Virus record (IMG/VR): IMGVR_UViG_3300022719_000035
Location: 2,776-66,775 of that record
Length of the DNA stretch: 64,000 nt
Source of the DNA: a virus
Lineage: Duplodnaviria; Caudoviricetes
Strand: one strand, 5' to 3'
Numbering within the stretch: position 1 is the stretch's first letter; each line of letters begins with the position of its first letter. The notes under the pieces were generated by a model. That model did no database searches. It saw only the letters and a list, made by a program, of their open reading frames with translations, and was not told the DNA's origin. Positions 27,450-36,031 of this stretch are shown here, one piece after another. The position numbers and the translations under genes are program-made.

Positions 27450-27949
27450 TAATTAAGCTGCAACGTGATTTCGTTACGCCGCCGAAGTACCAGGGGCAAA
27501 TGATAGAGCACAGTTACGCACTCAGTGATGCGGCGGATCCGCTGATTATTGAGCGCGTCACTGATCTGTCGAATGGTAATGTTCTGTATTTAGCGTTCGA
27601 GCGTTCGCCAGCCGGCGTGTTCGAGCCATGGAATACAGCACCAGTGCTAGGTGATCGTGTCGGTACGTGCGAGTTACTTGATTACTCAACAGGGGCAGTT
27701 TTATTGCGGTTAATTGAAGCTGCGAGCGATGAGCCGTGCCGTATCGTTATGTTCGACTGTATGAGCGAACGCGAAGCTGCGCGTATGTATCAGGCAGGCA
27801 ATTCGTGTAAGGGTAGTACAGTCGGCCATACCTACTGTGTAACTGTAATGGGTCGACAGCGCAGCGATGAGCAATGGCTATATACAGTGCGCGTGTTTGA
27901 ATCGTGCGTTGAAGTATCGCGATATAACGAAGGAGAAGATAATGGATAG
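27446..27949 (+). CDS. Hypothetical protein
   Basis: ATGA overlap; 167 aa. Confidence 0.6.
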   Translation: MIIKLQRDFVTPPKYQGQMIEHSYALSDAADPLIIERVTDLSNGNVLYLAFERSPAGVFEPWNTAPVLGDRVGTCELLDYSTGAVLLRLIEAASDEPCRIVMFDCMSEREAARMYQAGNSCKGSTVGHTYCVTVMGRQRSDEQWLYTVRVFESCVEVSRYNEGEDNG

Positions 27950-28256
27950 TGACAATCAAGTTTTCGATGCACTCGAAAACATGAAACAATGTTTCCGGGA
28001 GTTTTCGATCAAAGAAATGCGGATGGCTACACTTACTTTCAGTGTCTATCGCATTCTGCGGGATGAAGCAATAGAAGCTGCGCACAATGAGCGCCCATCT
28101 TTGCGAATCAGCTATCGCATAGCGATGGCGCTTAAAATTGCTGAACAGCAGGGTTATGAGCGTTGTGATAAGGAATGGACGCAGTGCCTAGAGGGCGCTA
28201 TTAAAAGATCACGGCTGCTAAGTGAGCAGCCGAACGAAGAGGAAGAGAGATGGTGA
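27942..28256 (+). CDS. Hypothetical protein
   Basis: AGGAG RBS before ATG 27942. Confidence 0.6.
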   Translation: MDSDNQVFDALENMKQCFREFSIKEMRMATLTFSVYRILRDEAIEAAHNERPSLRISYRIAMALKIAEQQGYERCDKEWTQCLEGAIKRSRLLSEQPNEEEERW

Positions 28257-28334
28257 ATGTTTCTTTGATAATGTTTGTATGATTCATAGAGTATAGTGCG
28301 GTAATTGTTTAACCAAAGAAAAGGAGTAAAAGCT

Positions 28335-28610
28335 ATGCCTAGTAAATTGGTGCTTGCTGATCTGTTCGCGGTTTTCGATGTGAAGTTCAATAAGCAAGAA
28401 CAGAAATTCATCATTGACAGTTGTGGCCCGCCTAACAAGTTTTCAGTGCTTATCGAGCATCTGCCGGTTAGTGATGTTCGGCAAGCTATTCGTTATGCGC
28501 TGAAAACTGGGCGCTCAGTGCGGGTTGCTGAAGGCTTGCGCGCGAAGTTGCAGAGTATTCCGTATCGCGGGCACGCAGCAAACCAAATCATTGAAGCAGC
28601 GCGCGGCTAA
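28335..28610 (+). CDS. Hypothetical protein
   Basis: AAGGAG RBS before ATG 28335. Confidence 0.65.
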   Translation: MPSKLVLADLFAVFDVKFNKQEQKFIIDSCGPPNKFSVLIEHLPVSDVRQAIRYALKTGRSVRVAEGLRAKLQSIPYRGHAANQIIEAARG

Positions 28611-28614
28611 AACT

Positions 28615-28649
28615 AGTGCGCAGTAGGGCTGTAGACCTTACTGCGCACT
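28615..28649. other. Intergenic 14-bp hairpin
   Basis: AGTGCGCAGTAGGG / CCTTACTGCGCACT (one G-U); no U-tract. Confidence 0.6.
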
Positions 28650-28674
28650 GTGTGCTTACCACGGAGATACAGGA

Positions 28675-28974
28675 ATGCAAGAATCAAATGAACAGATGTG
28701 CGAGCGCATTATCAAAGGAGCGCGTGTTATTGAGTGCGCAGTAGAAAACGTTGTGCCGCTTAGTCTTATTAAGCCTGAATCTGTGCAGCAAATACTAGCT
28801 AATATGAGTTTGCGCGATGTTGAAATTGCAACGCGCACTAGAGCACGACAAAGTTACTGCGCAGCGTCTATCGCTGATGTTGATTTGCCGGTTAGAAGTG
28901 CTGCAACAACTGCTGCAATGATTCGTCGCGCGCATGATTGGCAAGTACAAGATGCATGGTGGGCGCCGTACTAA
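28675..28974 (+). CDS. Hypothetical protein
   Basis: GGAGATACAGGA-ATG. Confidence 0.6.
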   Translation: MQESNEQMCERIIKGARVIECAVENVVPLSLIKPESVQQILANMSLRDVEIATRTRARQSYCAASIADVDLPVRSAATTAAMIRRAHDWQVQDAWWAPY

Positions 28975-29219
28975 TGGCTAAGCAGCGTGTTGCAGTCGGC
29001 CCGGATCCTGCACAGTTTGGTTTGCGCAAAGGTACTGCTGTGCGGCTAGGCACAGCAGCGCGCAAGGGCGATCGTGTGTATTGGCAAAGCAAACAAAACA
29101 ACGCAAAGCATTGCGCAACGGTAGTTAGCGTGGATGATCCTGCATTGCTGCTCGTGAAAACGAAACAAGGCACTGAGTATAGGATCGGCCGCTATGCGTG
29201 CGTAGTGAAGAAACGTTAA
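28974..29219 (+). CDS. Small SH3/KOW-like beta protein
   Basis: RKGDRVYW...ATVVSVD...LLVKTKQG pattern. Confidence 0.5.
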   Translation: MAKQRVAVGPDPAQFGLRKGTAVRLGTAARKGDRVYWQSKQNNAKHCATVVSVDDPALLLVKTKQGTEYRIGRYACVVKKR

Positions 29220-29276
29220 GCCGGTTTGCTCAGTATAGTTGTTGAAATATTCCCAACGAATAAGGGAGAGCAGTGT

Positions 29277-29540
29277 ATGCGTAATATAGCGCTAAGCATG
29301 GAAGGCGGGCACTTAGTTATTAGGATTGACTTGTCTAAAAGCTTAGGAAATTCGCGCACGAATAAAACAGATTTAATTGCAACAACGCAAGGCAATATTC
29401 AATTGCCGTATGATCCGTATATGCGACTTGGAGTTACTCTGTTTCGCTACCGTGAGCGCCGATCCGCAACAGCGAAGGCAAAAGAAAAGAAGCGCGTTCG
29501 CCGAAAGAAAAGAACAAGGGTGCATCTTCGCGATGTATAG
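29277..29540 (+). CDS. Small beta protein with basic tail (putative DNA-binding)
   Basis: LVIRIDLSKSLGNSRTNKTDLIATTQGN motif; K/R-rich C-terminus. Confidence 0.6.
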   Translation: MRNIALSMEGGHLVIRIDLSKSLGNSRTNKTDLIATTQGNIQLPYDPYMRLGVTLFRYRERRSATAKAKEKKRVRRKKRTRVHLRDV

Positions 29541-29551
29541 GAGGCTTTCAA

Positions 29552-30157
29552 ATGGGCGCGCAACAACGAGTCAAAGTGCGAAGAAAGAAAAAGAAGCGTT
29601 ACTTCAAACCGGAAGGCGCTTCGGCAATTTATGTTATTTCGCACGGCTATGGTGAATTGCATGGACACATTCAAGTCGGCGAATACTTGCGCACTACAAC
29701 ACGCGGTCATGTAGTACAGTTTAAAGATGATTCAGGCTACTACAAAGAAACGTATAGCGTTGAGACAGGAAAGCGTTTAACGGATCTCGGCAATCGGCGC
29801 GGTGGTTGGAAAATTAATCTTTCTGATGTGCGGCCAGGAATTGAAGTTGGGCGCACAGTGCCGCAATCGACAGTTGAGCGTAACGATGTTGGACAACATC
29901 GTTTCGTTTTAGTAGGGCGCGATGAATTTCCGTATGGTGCTGCAGAGTCTGAAGCAGGCGATGTACTCATGATCGAAGTTTGGGAAGATCGACAGCGTGC
30001 TGAACGGTTCATTAAAGCGTATCGAACCGGCCCGCGCGATGAAGATGATCCTACAGCAGTGCGCAAAATTAGAGAGCGCGGCGTGCTAGTACCGTTTACG
30101 ATTCTCAAACAAGTGCTAGCGCAATATGAAATAACTGGTGAACTCGAAGGAGACTGA
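29552..30157 (+). CDS. Hypothetical protein
   Basis: AGGAGG RBS; basic N-terminus. Confidence 0.65.
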   Translation: MGAQQRVKVRRKKKKRYFKPEGASAIYVISHGYGELHGHIQVGEYLRTTTRGHVVQFKDDSGYYKETYSVETGKRLTDLGNRRGGWKINLSDVRPGIEVGRTVPQSTVERNDVGQHRFVLVGRDEFPYGAAESEAGDVLMIEVWEDRQRAERFIKAYRTGPRDEDDPTAVRKIRERGVLVPFTILKQVLAQYEITGELEGD

Positions 30158-30158
30158 A

Positions 30159-31157
30159 ATGAGCGAGAAAACGAAGGCGGGCACAAAGAAGAAAAAGGCT
30201 AAGCAGAAGCCGGAGCAAGTTGAGACAGTAGAGCAGCCCCAACTTGATCTGTTCAACACACTGGAAGCAGCACCGGATAGCAAAGCGCCAAGTGCGCTGA
30301 AGTCTGGCAGCATCAAAACAATAGCCGGCAAGCGTGTTGGCCAGTTTGACGCTACGCGCTTAGTGCTGCCTGAGCACTGGAACCCGCGCCGCGATTACGG
30401 AAACATGAGTGAGCTTAAAAGCTCGATACTGCAGCACGGGCTGCAGGAGATGATCCGTGTACGGCAAAACACTGCAGGCGTATGGATGGTTACTGCAGGT
30501 TTTCGCCGAGTGACTGCGTGCAAAGAGATTGCAAGCGAGAACAACGCACCGTTTTATATGCCTGCTGTAATTGAAGAGAAAGAAACCGATTTGTCGGCAG
30601 TGATGACGAACAACATACTGCAGAATGCAGGCAAAAAGTTTACGCCGCTTGAAGCAGCCGATGGCTTTGCGCGGCTGAAGCAGCTTGGAATGACCGAGAA
30701 AGAGATTGCAGCGCATTTTGGAATTGCGCAAGCAACTGTTACGCGGCGTATTCGGTTGTACAGAGATGCTGGTGATGCGCTGCGCAGCGCAGTACATGAA
30801 GAAGCGATTACGCTTGGGCAGGCAGACAGTATTCTTAAACAAGCGAAAGCAGATCACGCAAAGCAAGAAGAGTTGCTCAAAAAGCTGCAGATACGTATGC
30901 AAAAATTGTATGATTTGCAGCAGCAGACAGGTGGCGACAAAGATGATCCTGCTGCAGCAGATGAGAAGCCGGCAAAGAAGAAGACGAAAGTAGGTGCTGC
31001 ACAAGCGCGCAAGTTACTGGCTGAGATTGGCACGCTGTACGTTAGCTTGCTGCGCGGCCGCCGCGCATTAAACGCGAATAACCAGGATTGGATCAAGTTG
31101 GAAAAGAAATTAGCTGAAGTAAAACGGCTGAAGCGGCTAGGCTTGATCAAAGAGTAG
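30159..31157 (+). CDS. parB: ParB/Spo0J-like protein (orphan, no ParA seen)
   Basis: WNPR, ELKSSI...GL, AGFRR arginine patch, HTH (TEKEIAAHFGIAQATVTRR); N-terminal QLDLF at 30240-30254. Confidence 0.8.
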   Translation: MSEKTKAGTKKKKAKQKPEQVETVEQPQLDLFNTLEAAPDSKAPSALKSGSIKTIAGKRVGQFDATRLVLPEHWNPRRDYGNMSELKSSILQHGLQEMIRVRQNTAGVWMVTAGFRRVTACKEIASENNAPFYMPAVIEEKETDLSAVMTNNILQNAGKKFTPLEAADGFARLKQLGMTEKEIAAHFGIAQATVTRRIRLYRDAGDALRSAVHEEAITLGQADSILKQAKADHAKQEELLKKLQIRMQKLYDLQQQTGGDKDDPAAADEKPAKKKTKVGAAQARKLLAEIGTLYVSLLRGRRALNANNQDWIKLEKKLAEVKRLKRLGLIKE

Positions 31158-31247
31158 TCGAAGTGCATAGTATGCTGTTAGCATATTGCTGCTCGCTATA
31201 ATTGGTGGGTAGCAATGTGCTTTTTGTCTAACTAGGGAGTACACAGT

Positions 31248-31775
31248 ATGAAAAAGCGCGTTAATGTGCGTAAAAAGCAGTGTACAGAAGCAGCAGAAGA
31301 TCCGCCGCGTGTAGTAGAAGGAAAACCGAACCAGCAATCGCAGCAACTGCGATCAGTCATTGCTGGCCCTGCATTAACATCTACAACAGTGCGCCGTTTA
31401 GTCGATTCCAATATGGAGGGCTGCGAGTGTATTGGCACTGTACCGAGCATTGGGTTTAGCAACGGTGCGTTAATTGAAGTCTACGATATTGCGCATCCGA
31501 GCTATGTTGGCGTTATTCATCCGGATGGTGCTTGTATGATTAGTCCACGAGCACATTTCAGTAGTAAGAAGCTAGGCCCGCCGCCAGAAGGAGAAACCTA
31601 TTCAGAGAAACTGCGCAATATTAAGCGTGAGAAGTTGCGCAGTAAGTATGCCGCGTTGCCTGTTGCGCAAGCGGCGCAGCCTACGAAGCGTATTCGTGTA
31701 CGCACTGCTATTAACACTGCAGCCTCTACTGCATCTGCTAAGCGTAAGCGTGTACAATTGCGCGGGAGTAAGTAA
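31248..31775 (+). CDS. Hypothetical protein with basic termini
   Basis: GGGAG RBS; 175 aa. Confidence 0.65.
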   Translation: MKKRVNVRKKQCTEAAEDPPRVVEGKPNQQSQQLRSVIAGPALTSTTVRRLVDSNMEGCECIGTVPSIGFSNGALIEVYDIAHPSYVGVIHPDGACMISPRAHFSSKKLGPPPEGETYSEKLRNIKREKLRSKYAALPVAQAAQPTKRIRVRTAINTAASTASAKRKRVQLRGSK

Positions 31776-31777
31776 CC

Positions 31778-32350
31778 GTGGCATTGCGGCATCCGTATGC
31801 TCCGATGGAAGGGTACGTTGTCAATTTTCTGCATAGAAATTTCTGGAAAGTTGAGGGCTACGTGGAGCGAGAAGATGTGCTACAGCAAGCACGCGCGATC
31901 TACTATAAACTGCTGCGTAAATACGGCAAGGCAGTAGACGGAAACCAGCGTTGGTTTATGGCGTTGTTCATGCGTTCGTTTCAGAACTATTTTAATGGCT
32001 TGTGCTCGCAGCGATTGACTGCTGCGGATCACGAGTGCTCGTTAACTGAAATAGAAGATGACGCGAACGAAACATGGATGCCGCTGCGGTATGATCAAAA
32101 CAGCGGTTATTTACTCAAGTTGCTTGAAGAAGCAACCGGCGAAGTAGGCGCTATATTGCAAATTGTGTTGCATGCGCCGCCTGAAGTGTTGCATGCAATG
32201 GTAGCGACGTGGAAGCAGAGTAACCGCCGCAAACCGGAAAGTAGTAGGTTCTTTATCGAGTTGTTGAATCTGTCAGTCGATCCGCGTACAACGGATGTTG
32301 TGCGCGAAGTTGAGCAGTATTTGTTAGGCACGGATGATAGTTCGGTATAG
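31778..32350 (+). CDS. Sigma-factor region-2-like protein (putative phage transcription factor)
   Basis: EREDVLQQARAIYYKLLRKY...FMALFMRSFQNYF resembles the EDLxQE...FxxYxxxxIxN region-2 pattern. Confidence 0.45.
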   Translation: MALRHPYAPMEGYVVNFLHRNFWKVEGYVEREDVLQQARAIYYKLLRKYGKAVDGNQRWFMALFMRSFQNYFNGLCSQRLTAADHECSLTEIEDDANETWMPLRYDQNSGYLLKLLEEATGEVGAILQIVLHAPPEVLHAMVATWKQSNRRKPESSRFFIELLNLSVDPRTTDVVREVEQYLLGTDDSSV

Positions 32351-32411
32351 CTAGCATATCGAGGCCAGTATGGCCGAAACACTTAACCACAGTAACTAAG
32401 GAGAAAGCCAG

Positions 32412-33371
32412 ATGGCGAAACTACATACGATTGAGCAGGAGATCCTTGAAGCAACCGGCGAGCGCAAGAAAGGCCGCAAAGAGGATCAGCAGGCGTATCT
32501 TATCCGGTTGGTGAACGCAGTCGCGCAGTTGTCGGATGAAGAATGGGAAGATCTCTCAGAGCCTACGCAGGAATGGTTTAACGAAGCCGGCACTGCACTG
32601 AACGACAAAGACGAAGATCCGGATAAGGAGCTTCCGGATTTCGATTCTGTGGGCGCGGAAGATACAGCGGACGAAGACGATGACGATGACGATGACGAAG
32701 AGAAGGAGTCAAAGCAGATTACGGCCGACAAGTTGAAAGTAGGGCAGGAGATCCGCGTGTTGAGCAAGCGCGACAAAGTGCTTGCAGAAGGTGAAGTGGT
32801 CAAAGCGGCATCGCGTAAGGTTACGGTACTGGACGATGACGGCGATGAGATTGCGATTGCCCATGCAAAGATCGGCAGTATCGAATTGCTGTCTGCTGAT
32901 AGCGATAGCAGCGTTGCAGACGAAGACGAAGACGATGATGACGAAGACGATGACGAAGAAGAGGCGCCTGCAAAGCGCACTCGTGCAAAGCGCAGTAGCA
33001 AGTCGGGCACTGCGCGCGTCCGCACTCGCAACAAGAAGCCATCGCGCAGCAAGGCAAAGGCTGCAGACGAAGACGATGATGAAGACGATGATGAAGACGA
33101 AGACGAAGATGAAGCGCCGCCGAAGAGCCGTGCAAAGCGCACTCGTGCATCACGCGGCAGCAGCAGTGAGTCAGATAAGCCGAAGCGGCAGCAGGGTATT
33201 GGTGCAGCGATTCGCGAAGAGTGCTGCAAGTATCCGAAGATGAGTATCGAGAAGATCACGGCACGGCTGGAAAAGCAGGGATTCGACGTGAATCCGGCAA
33301 CGCTCAAGCTGGAATACAACAAGGTCCATAGCATTTTGGATCTGCTCAAGGAGCACGACAAGCTCGCTTGA
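32412..33371 (+). CDS. Modular acidic/basic protein (helical N-domain, KOW/SH3-like middle, helical C-domain)
   Basis: Three poly-D/E tracts, two followed by K/R/S-rich segments; LKVGQEIRV...EGEVVK KOW-like motif. Confidence 0.7.
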   Translation: MAKLHTIEQEILEATGERKKGRKEDQQAYLIRLVNAVAQLSDEEWEDLSEPTQEWFNEAGTALNDKDEDPDKELPDFDSVGAEDTADEDDDDDDDEEKESKQITADKLKVGQEIRVLSKRDKVLAEGEVVKAASRKVTVLDDDGDEIAIAHAKIGSIELLSADSDSSVADEDEDDDDEDDDEEEAPAKRTRAKRSSKSGTARVRTRNKKPSRSKAKAADEDDDEDDDEDEDEDEAPPKSRAKRTRASRGSSSESDKPKRQQGIGAAIREECCKYPKMSIEKITARLEKQGFDVNPATLKLEYNKVHSILDLLKEHDKLA

Positions 33372-33401
33372 TCATTCCAGTGTTGTAGTTTCTCGCGCCC
33401 C

Positions 33402-33442
33402 GCCCCTCTCTGTTCAGCGTATCGAGCAGAGAGGGGCTTTTT
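33402..33442 (+). terminator. Rho-independent terminator
   Basis: GCCCCTCTCTG / CAGAGAGGGGC followed by TTTTT. Confidence 0.85.
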
Positions 33443-33623
33443 CGTTTCAGACTTAGCGCTCGCAGCGCTGCTTAGCTGCGCAGTAGCGCTCGCTTGCGCG
33501 CCAGCGCTGCGCAGGCGCCGCTAGGCGTGATTTCAGCGCTTAAGCGCTGTACCTGCCGTGCTCGGGGCGCGGAATCGCGTGAGCGGCTTCTCAGTGCGCC
33601 CACAGCGCTATCCGGAGATAAGA

Positions 33624-34508
33624 ATGATTCTCAACCAGTCAGAGAAGCAGTGTCCGTCTGCGCGTTCGCTGCTGCTATTTGATTTGCTGAATCTCGCACA
33701 CCGCGCGTATTACATGAGACGCGATGCAACGTTTCGCGGTCGGCATACTGGCACGTTGCACGGCGTAGTAATGCAGTTAGCAAGCACAGTGCTAGAAATC
33801 GGATCGTGTGATGTGATCGTGTGTACGGATACGCGCCCGTACCTACGTCAGCATTACTTGCCAGAGTACAAGACAGGGCGCAGTAAGAACAAAAACGAAA
33901 CGATGCGCGCAGAATTCACACAAGGGTTACAACAGTGCTCAGAGTTTCTACGCATTGCAGGGATTTTGTACGTAGCGCGTGAAGGGTTAGAAGCCGATGA
34001 TCTCATTGCGCATTATGTGCGCCATCGAAGTGATCGCTATGCGCGTGTAGTTGCTGCATCGAACGATACAGATTTATTTCAGCTATTCGATGTGCCGCAT
34101 TTCGAATTGTACCGCGGCAAAAAGAAAGGTTTTATGACTGCTGCGGATTTTGCTGCACAATATTCACAGCTACCGCCTAGTGCTTGGGTCCAAGTAACTG
34201 CGTTGACTGGCGGCCATAATGGCTTAACGAAGATTCCAGGTTTCGGCGAGATTGAAGCCATCCGCTACATATGCGGCGAGAAAGTGCGCCGTAGCGCTGA
34301 GCGTAGCGCTGCAGAGATGCAGCAGACGATCGCGCTGAACAATAAGCTAGCGCGGCTTCCGATCTCTGTTTATCGGCATTATCACACGCTGCCGAAACCG
34401 TATAGCTGCGGCATCGATATGTCGCGCATGCGCGCGGTAACGAATTTCTTAGCGATGCACGGTATAAATACGACAACAACAATCAAGCGAGCATTGGAGA
34501 TCATTTGA
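33624..34508 (+). CDS. 5'-3' exonuclease / flap endonuclease
   Basis: FDxxNLAHR, YKTGR, EADDLIA, SNDTDLFQL and IPGFG motifs; GGAG before ATG 33624. Confidence 0.85.
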   Translation: MILNQSEKQCPSARSLLLFDLLNLAHRAYYMRRDATFRGRHTGTLHGVVMQLASTVLEIGSCDVIVCTDTRPYLRQHYLPEYKTGRSKNKNETMRAEFTQGLQQCSEFLRIAGILYVAREGLEADDLIAHYVRHRSDRYARVVAASNDTDLFQLFDVPHFELYRGKKKGFMTAADFAAQYSQLPPSAWVQVTALTGGHNGLTKIPGFGEIEAIRYICGEKVRRSAERSAAEMQQTIALNNKLARLPISVYRHYHTLPKPYSCGIDMSRMRAVTNFLAMHGINTTTTIKRALEII

Positions 34509-36031
34509 TGGCCGCGCGCGAACGAGCCACGAGCACCTTGCAAGAAAATGTGCTTACGCTGCTTTGTTTTGATTCTGATACAGCGCCGATTATCCGCAAC
34601 TTTGTAAGCACTGATCTATTTACTACTGAGATGTTCCGCACGGTTGCGGATGTTGCTGTCGATTTCTTAGATGAGTTTGGCGAGCCTCCTGGCGAGCACT
34701 TACCGGATCTGTTTGAACCGCTGCTAGCACAAGATGATCGAACAGCAAAACTCTATAAGCAGTTGCTGCGTAATCTGCACACGGCACATAGCGGCATCAA
34801 TAAAGAGTATGTGCTGTCATCACTGAATGACTTTGTTCGGCGGCAAACGCTGCAAGTAACGATCACTGAAGCAGCAAAAGCACTGCGTAGCGGCGATGCA
34901 GAAGAAGCAGAATCGATTATTGAGAAGAATCGCGGTTTACGCGCAGAAGCGTTTGAGCCGGGCACGGTAGTTTATCGGGACGTTTCAGCGGTACTCGATG
35001 AGCTATCGAAGCCGCGAGAGTTTATTAGCACTGGCATTCCAGAGTTAGATCATGTGTCGTTTGGTCCGACAAGAAAAGCATTGCTCACAGTGTTAGCGCC
35101 GACAAGTCGCGGCAAAACATGGGCACTCGTACATCTCGGCAAGCAAGCATTGATGCGCAAACAGCGCGTGTTGCACATAACGCTAGAGATGAGTGAAGGC
35201 CGCACGGTTGCGCGTTACTTTCAAAATATGTTTTCGATAACGCGCCGGCAAACAGAACTGCTATCGCGCAAATTCAAAACGCATGATGGCGAGTTTGACG
35301 GTTTCACTGATCGTGTTGTTGAGCGACCTACCTTGACTGATCCCAAAACCCGCAGCTACATCGCGCGGCGAGTAAAGCAGTTTCCGCAGTTACGCAATTT
35401 GATAGTCAAAGAGTTTCCGACTGGGGCACTTACTATGCCGCTGTTGAATGCTTACTTAGATAACCTTGAGCGTATTGAGAAGTTCATTCCGGATTTGATC
35501 CTTATCGACTATGCGGATCTCTTTCGCTTAGGCGCTGAAAATCTGCGCTTAGAAGTTGGGCAAGTGTTTAAGGATCTGCGCGGCATTGGTGTATCGCGCA
35601 ACATTGCTATCGTTACTGCGACACAAGCAAATCGCTTGGGCGAAGATGCGCCGCTAGTAACAGTAAAGCATCTCGCTGAAGATTACTCGAAGGCTGCAAC
35701 ATCAGATATGGTGTTATCGTACAACCAAACGGATTTAGAAAAAGCGCATAACCTTGCGCGCTTGTTCGTTGCAAAAAATCGCGATGAAGAAGATGGCGTA
35801 ACAGCACTAGTCACACAGCAATATGGAATGGGGCAATTTGTGCTTTCGTCTATGCGTATGAACGCAACATTTTGGGACGCACTAGAGCGCGAAGCGCCGC
35901 CGCGCATGGTTGAAGGCGGCCGCGCTAAACGGCGTAAATCGAAAGCACGCGAAAGTAACTCTGACATTGAGCAGTCACAGACAAAACAACGCAAACGCGC
36001 AACCGTGCGCAATCGTAGGCGTTCATCATGA
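34508..36031 (+). CDS. DnaB-like (SF4) replicative helicase
   Basis: APTSRGKT Walker A, HITLEMS, LIDYAD, TATQANR, KNR motifs. Confidence 0.85.
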   Translation: MAARERATSTLQENVLTLLCFDSDTAPIIRNFVSTDLFTTEMFRTVADVAVDFLDEFGEPPGEHLPDLFEPLLAQDDRTAKLYKQLLRNLHTAHSGINKEYVLSSLNDFVRRQTLQVTITEAAKALRSGDAEEAESIIEKNRGLRAEAFEPGTVVYRDVSAVLDELSKPREFISTGIPELDHVSFGPTRKALLTVLAPTSRGKTWALVHLGKQALMRKQRVLHITLEMSEGRTVARYFQNMFSITRRQTELLSRKFKTHDGEFDGFTDRVVERPTLTDPKTRSYIARRVKQFPQLRNLIVKEFPTGALTMPLLNAYLDNLERIEKFIPDLILIDYADLFRLGAENLRLEVGQVFKDLRGIGVSRNIAIVTATQANRLGEDAPLVTVKHLAEDYSKAATSDMVLSYNQTDLEKAHNLARLFVAKNRDEEDGVTALVTQQYGMGQFVLSSMRMNATFWDALEREAPPRMVEGGRAKRRKSKARESNSDIEQSQTKQRKRATVRNRRRSS

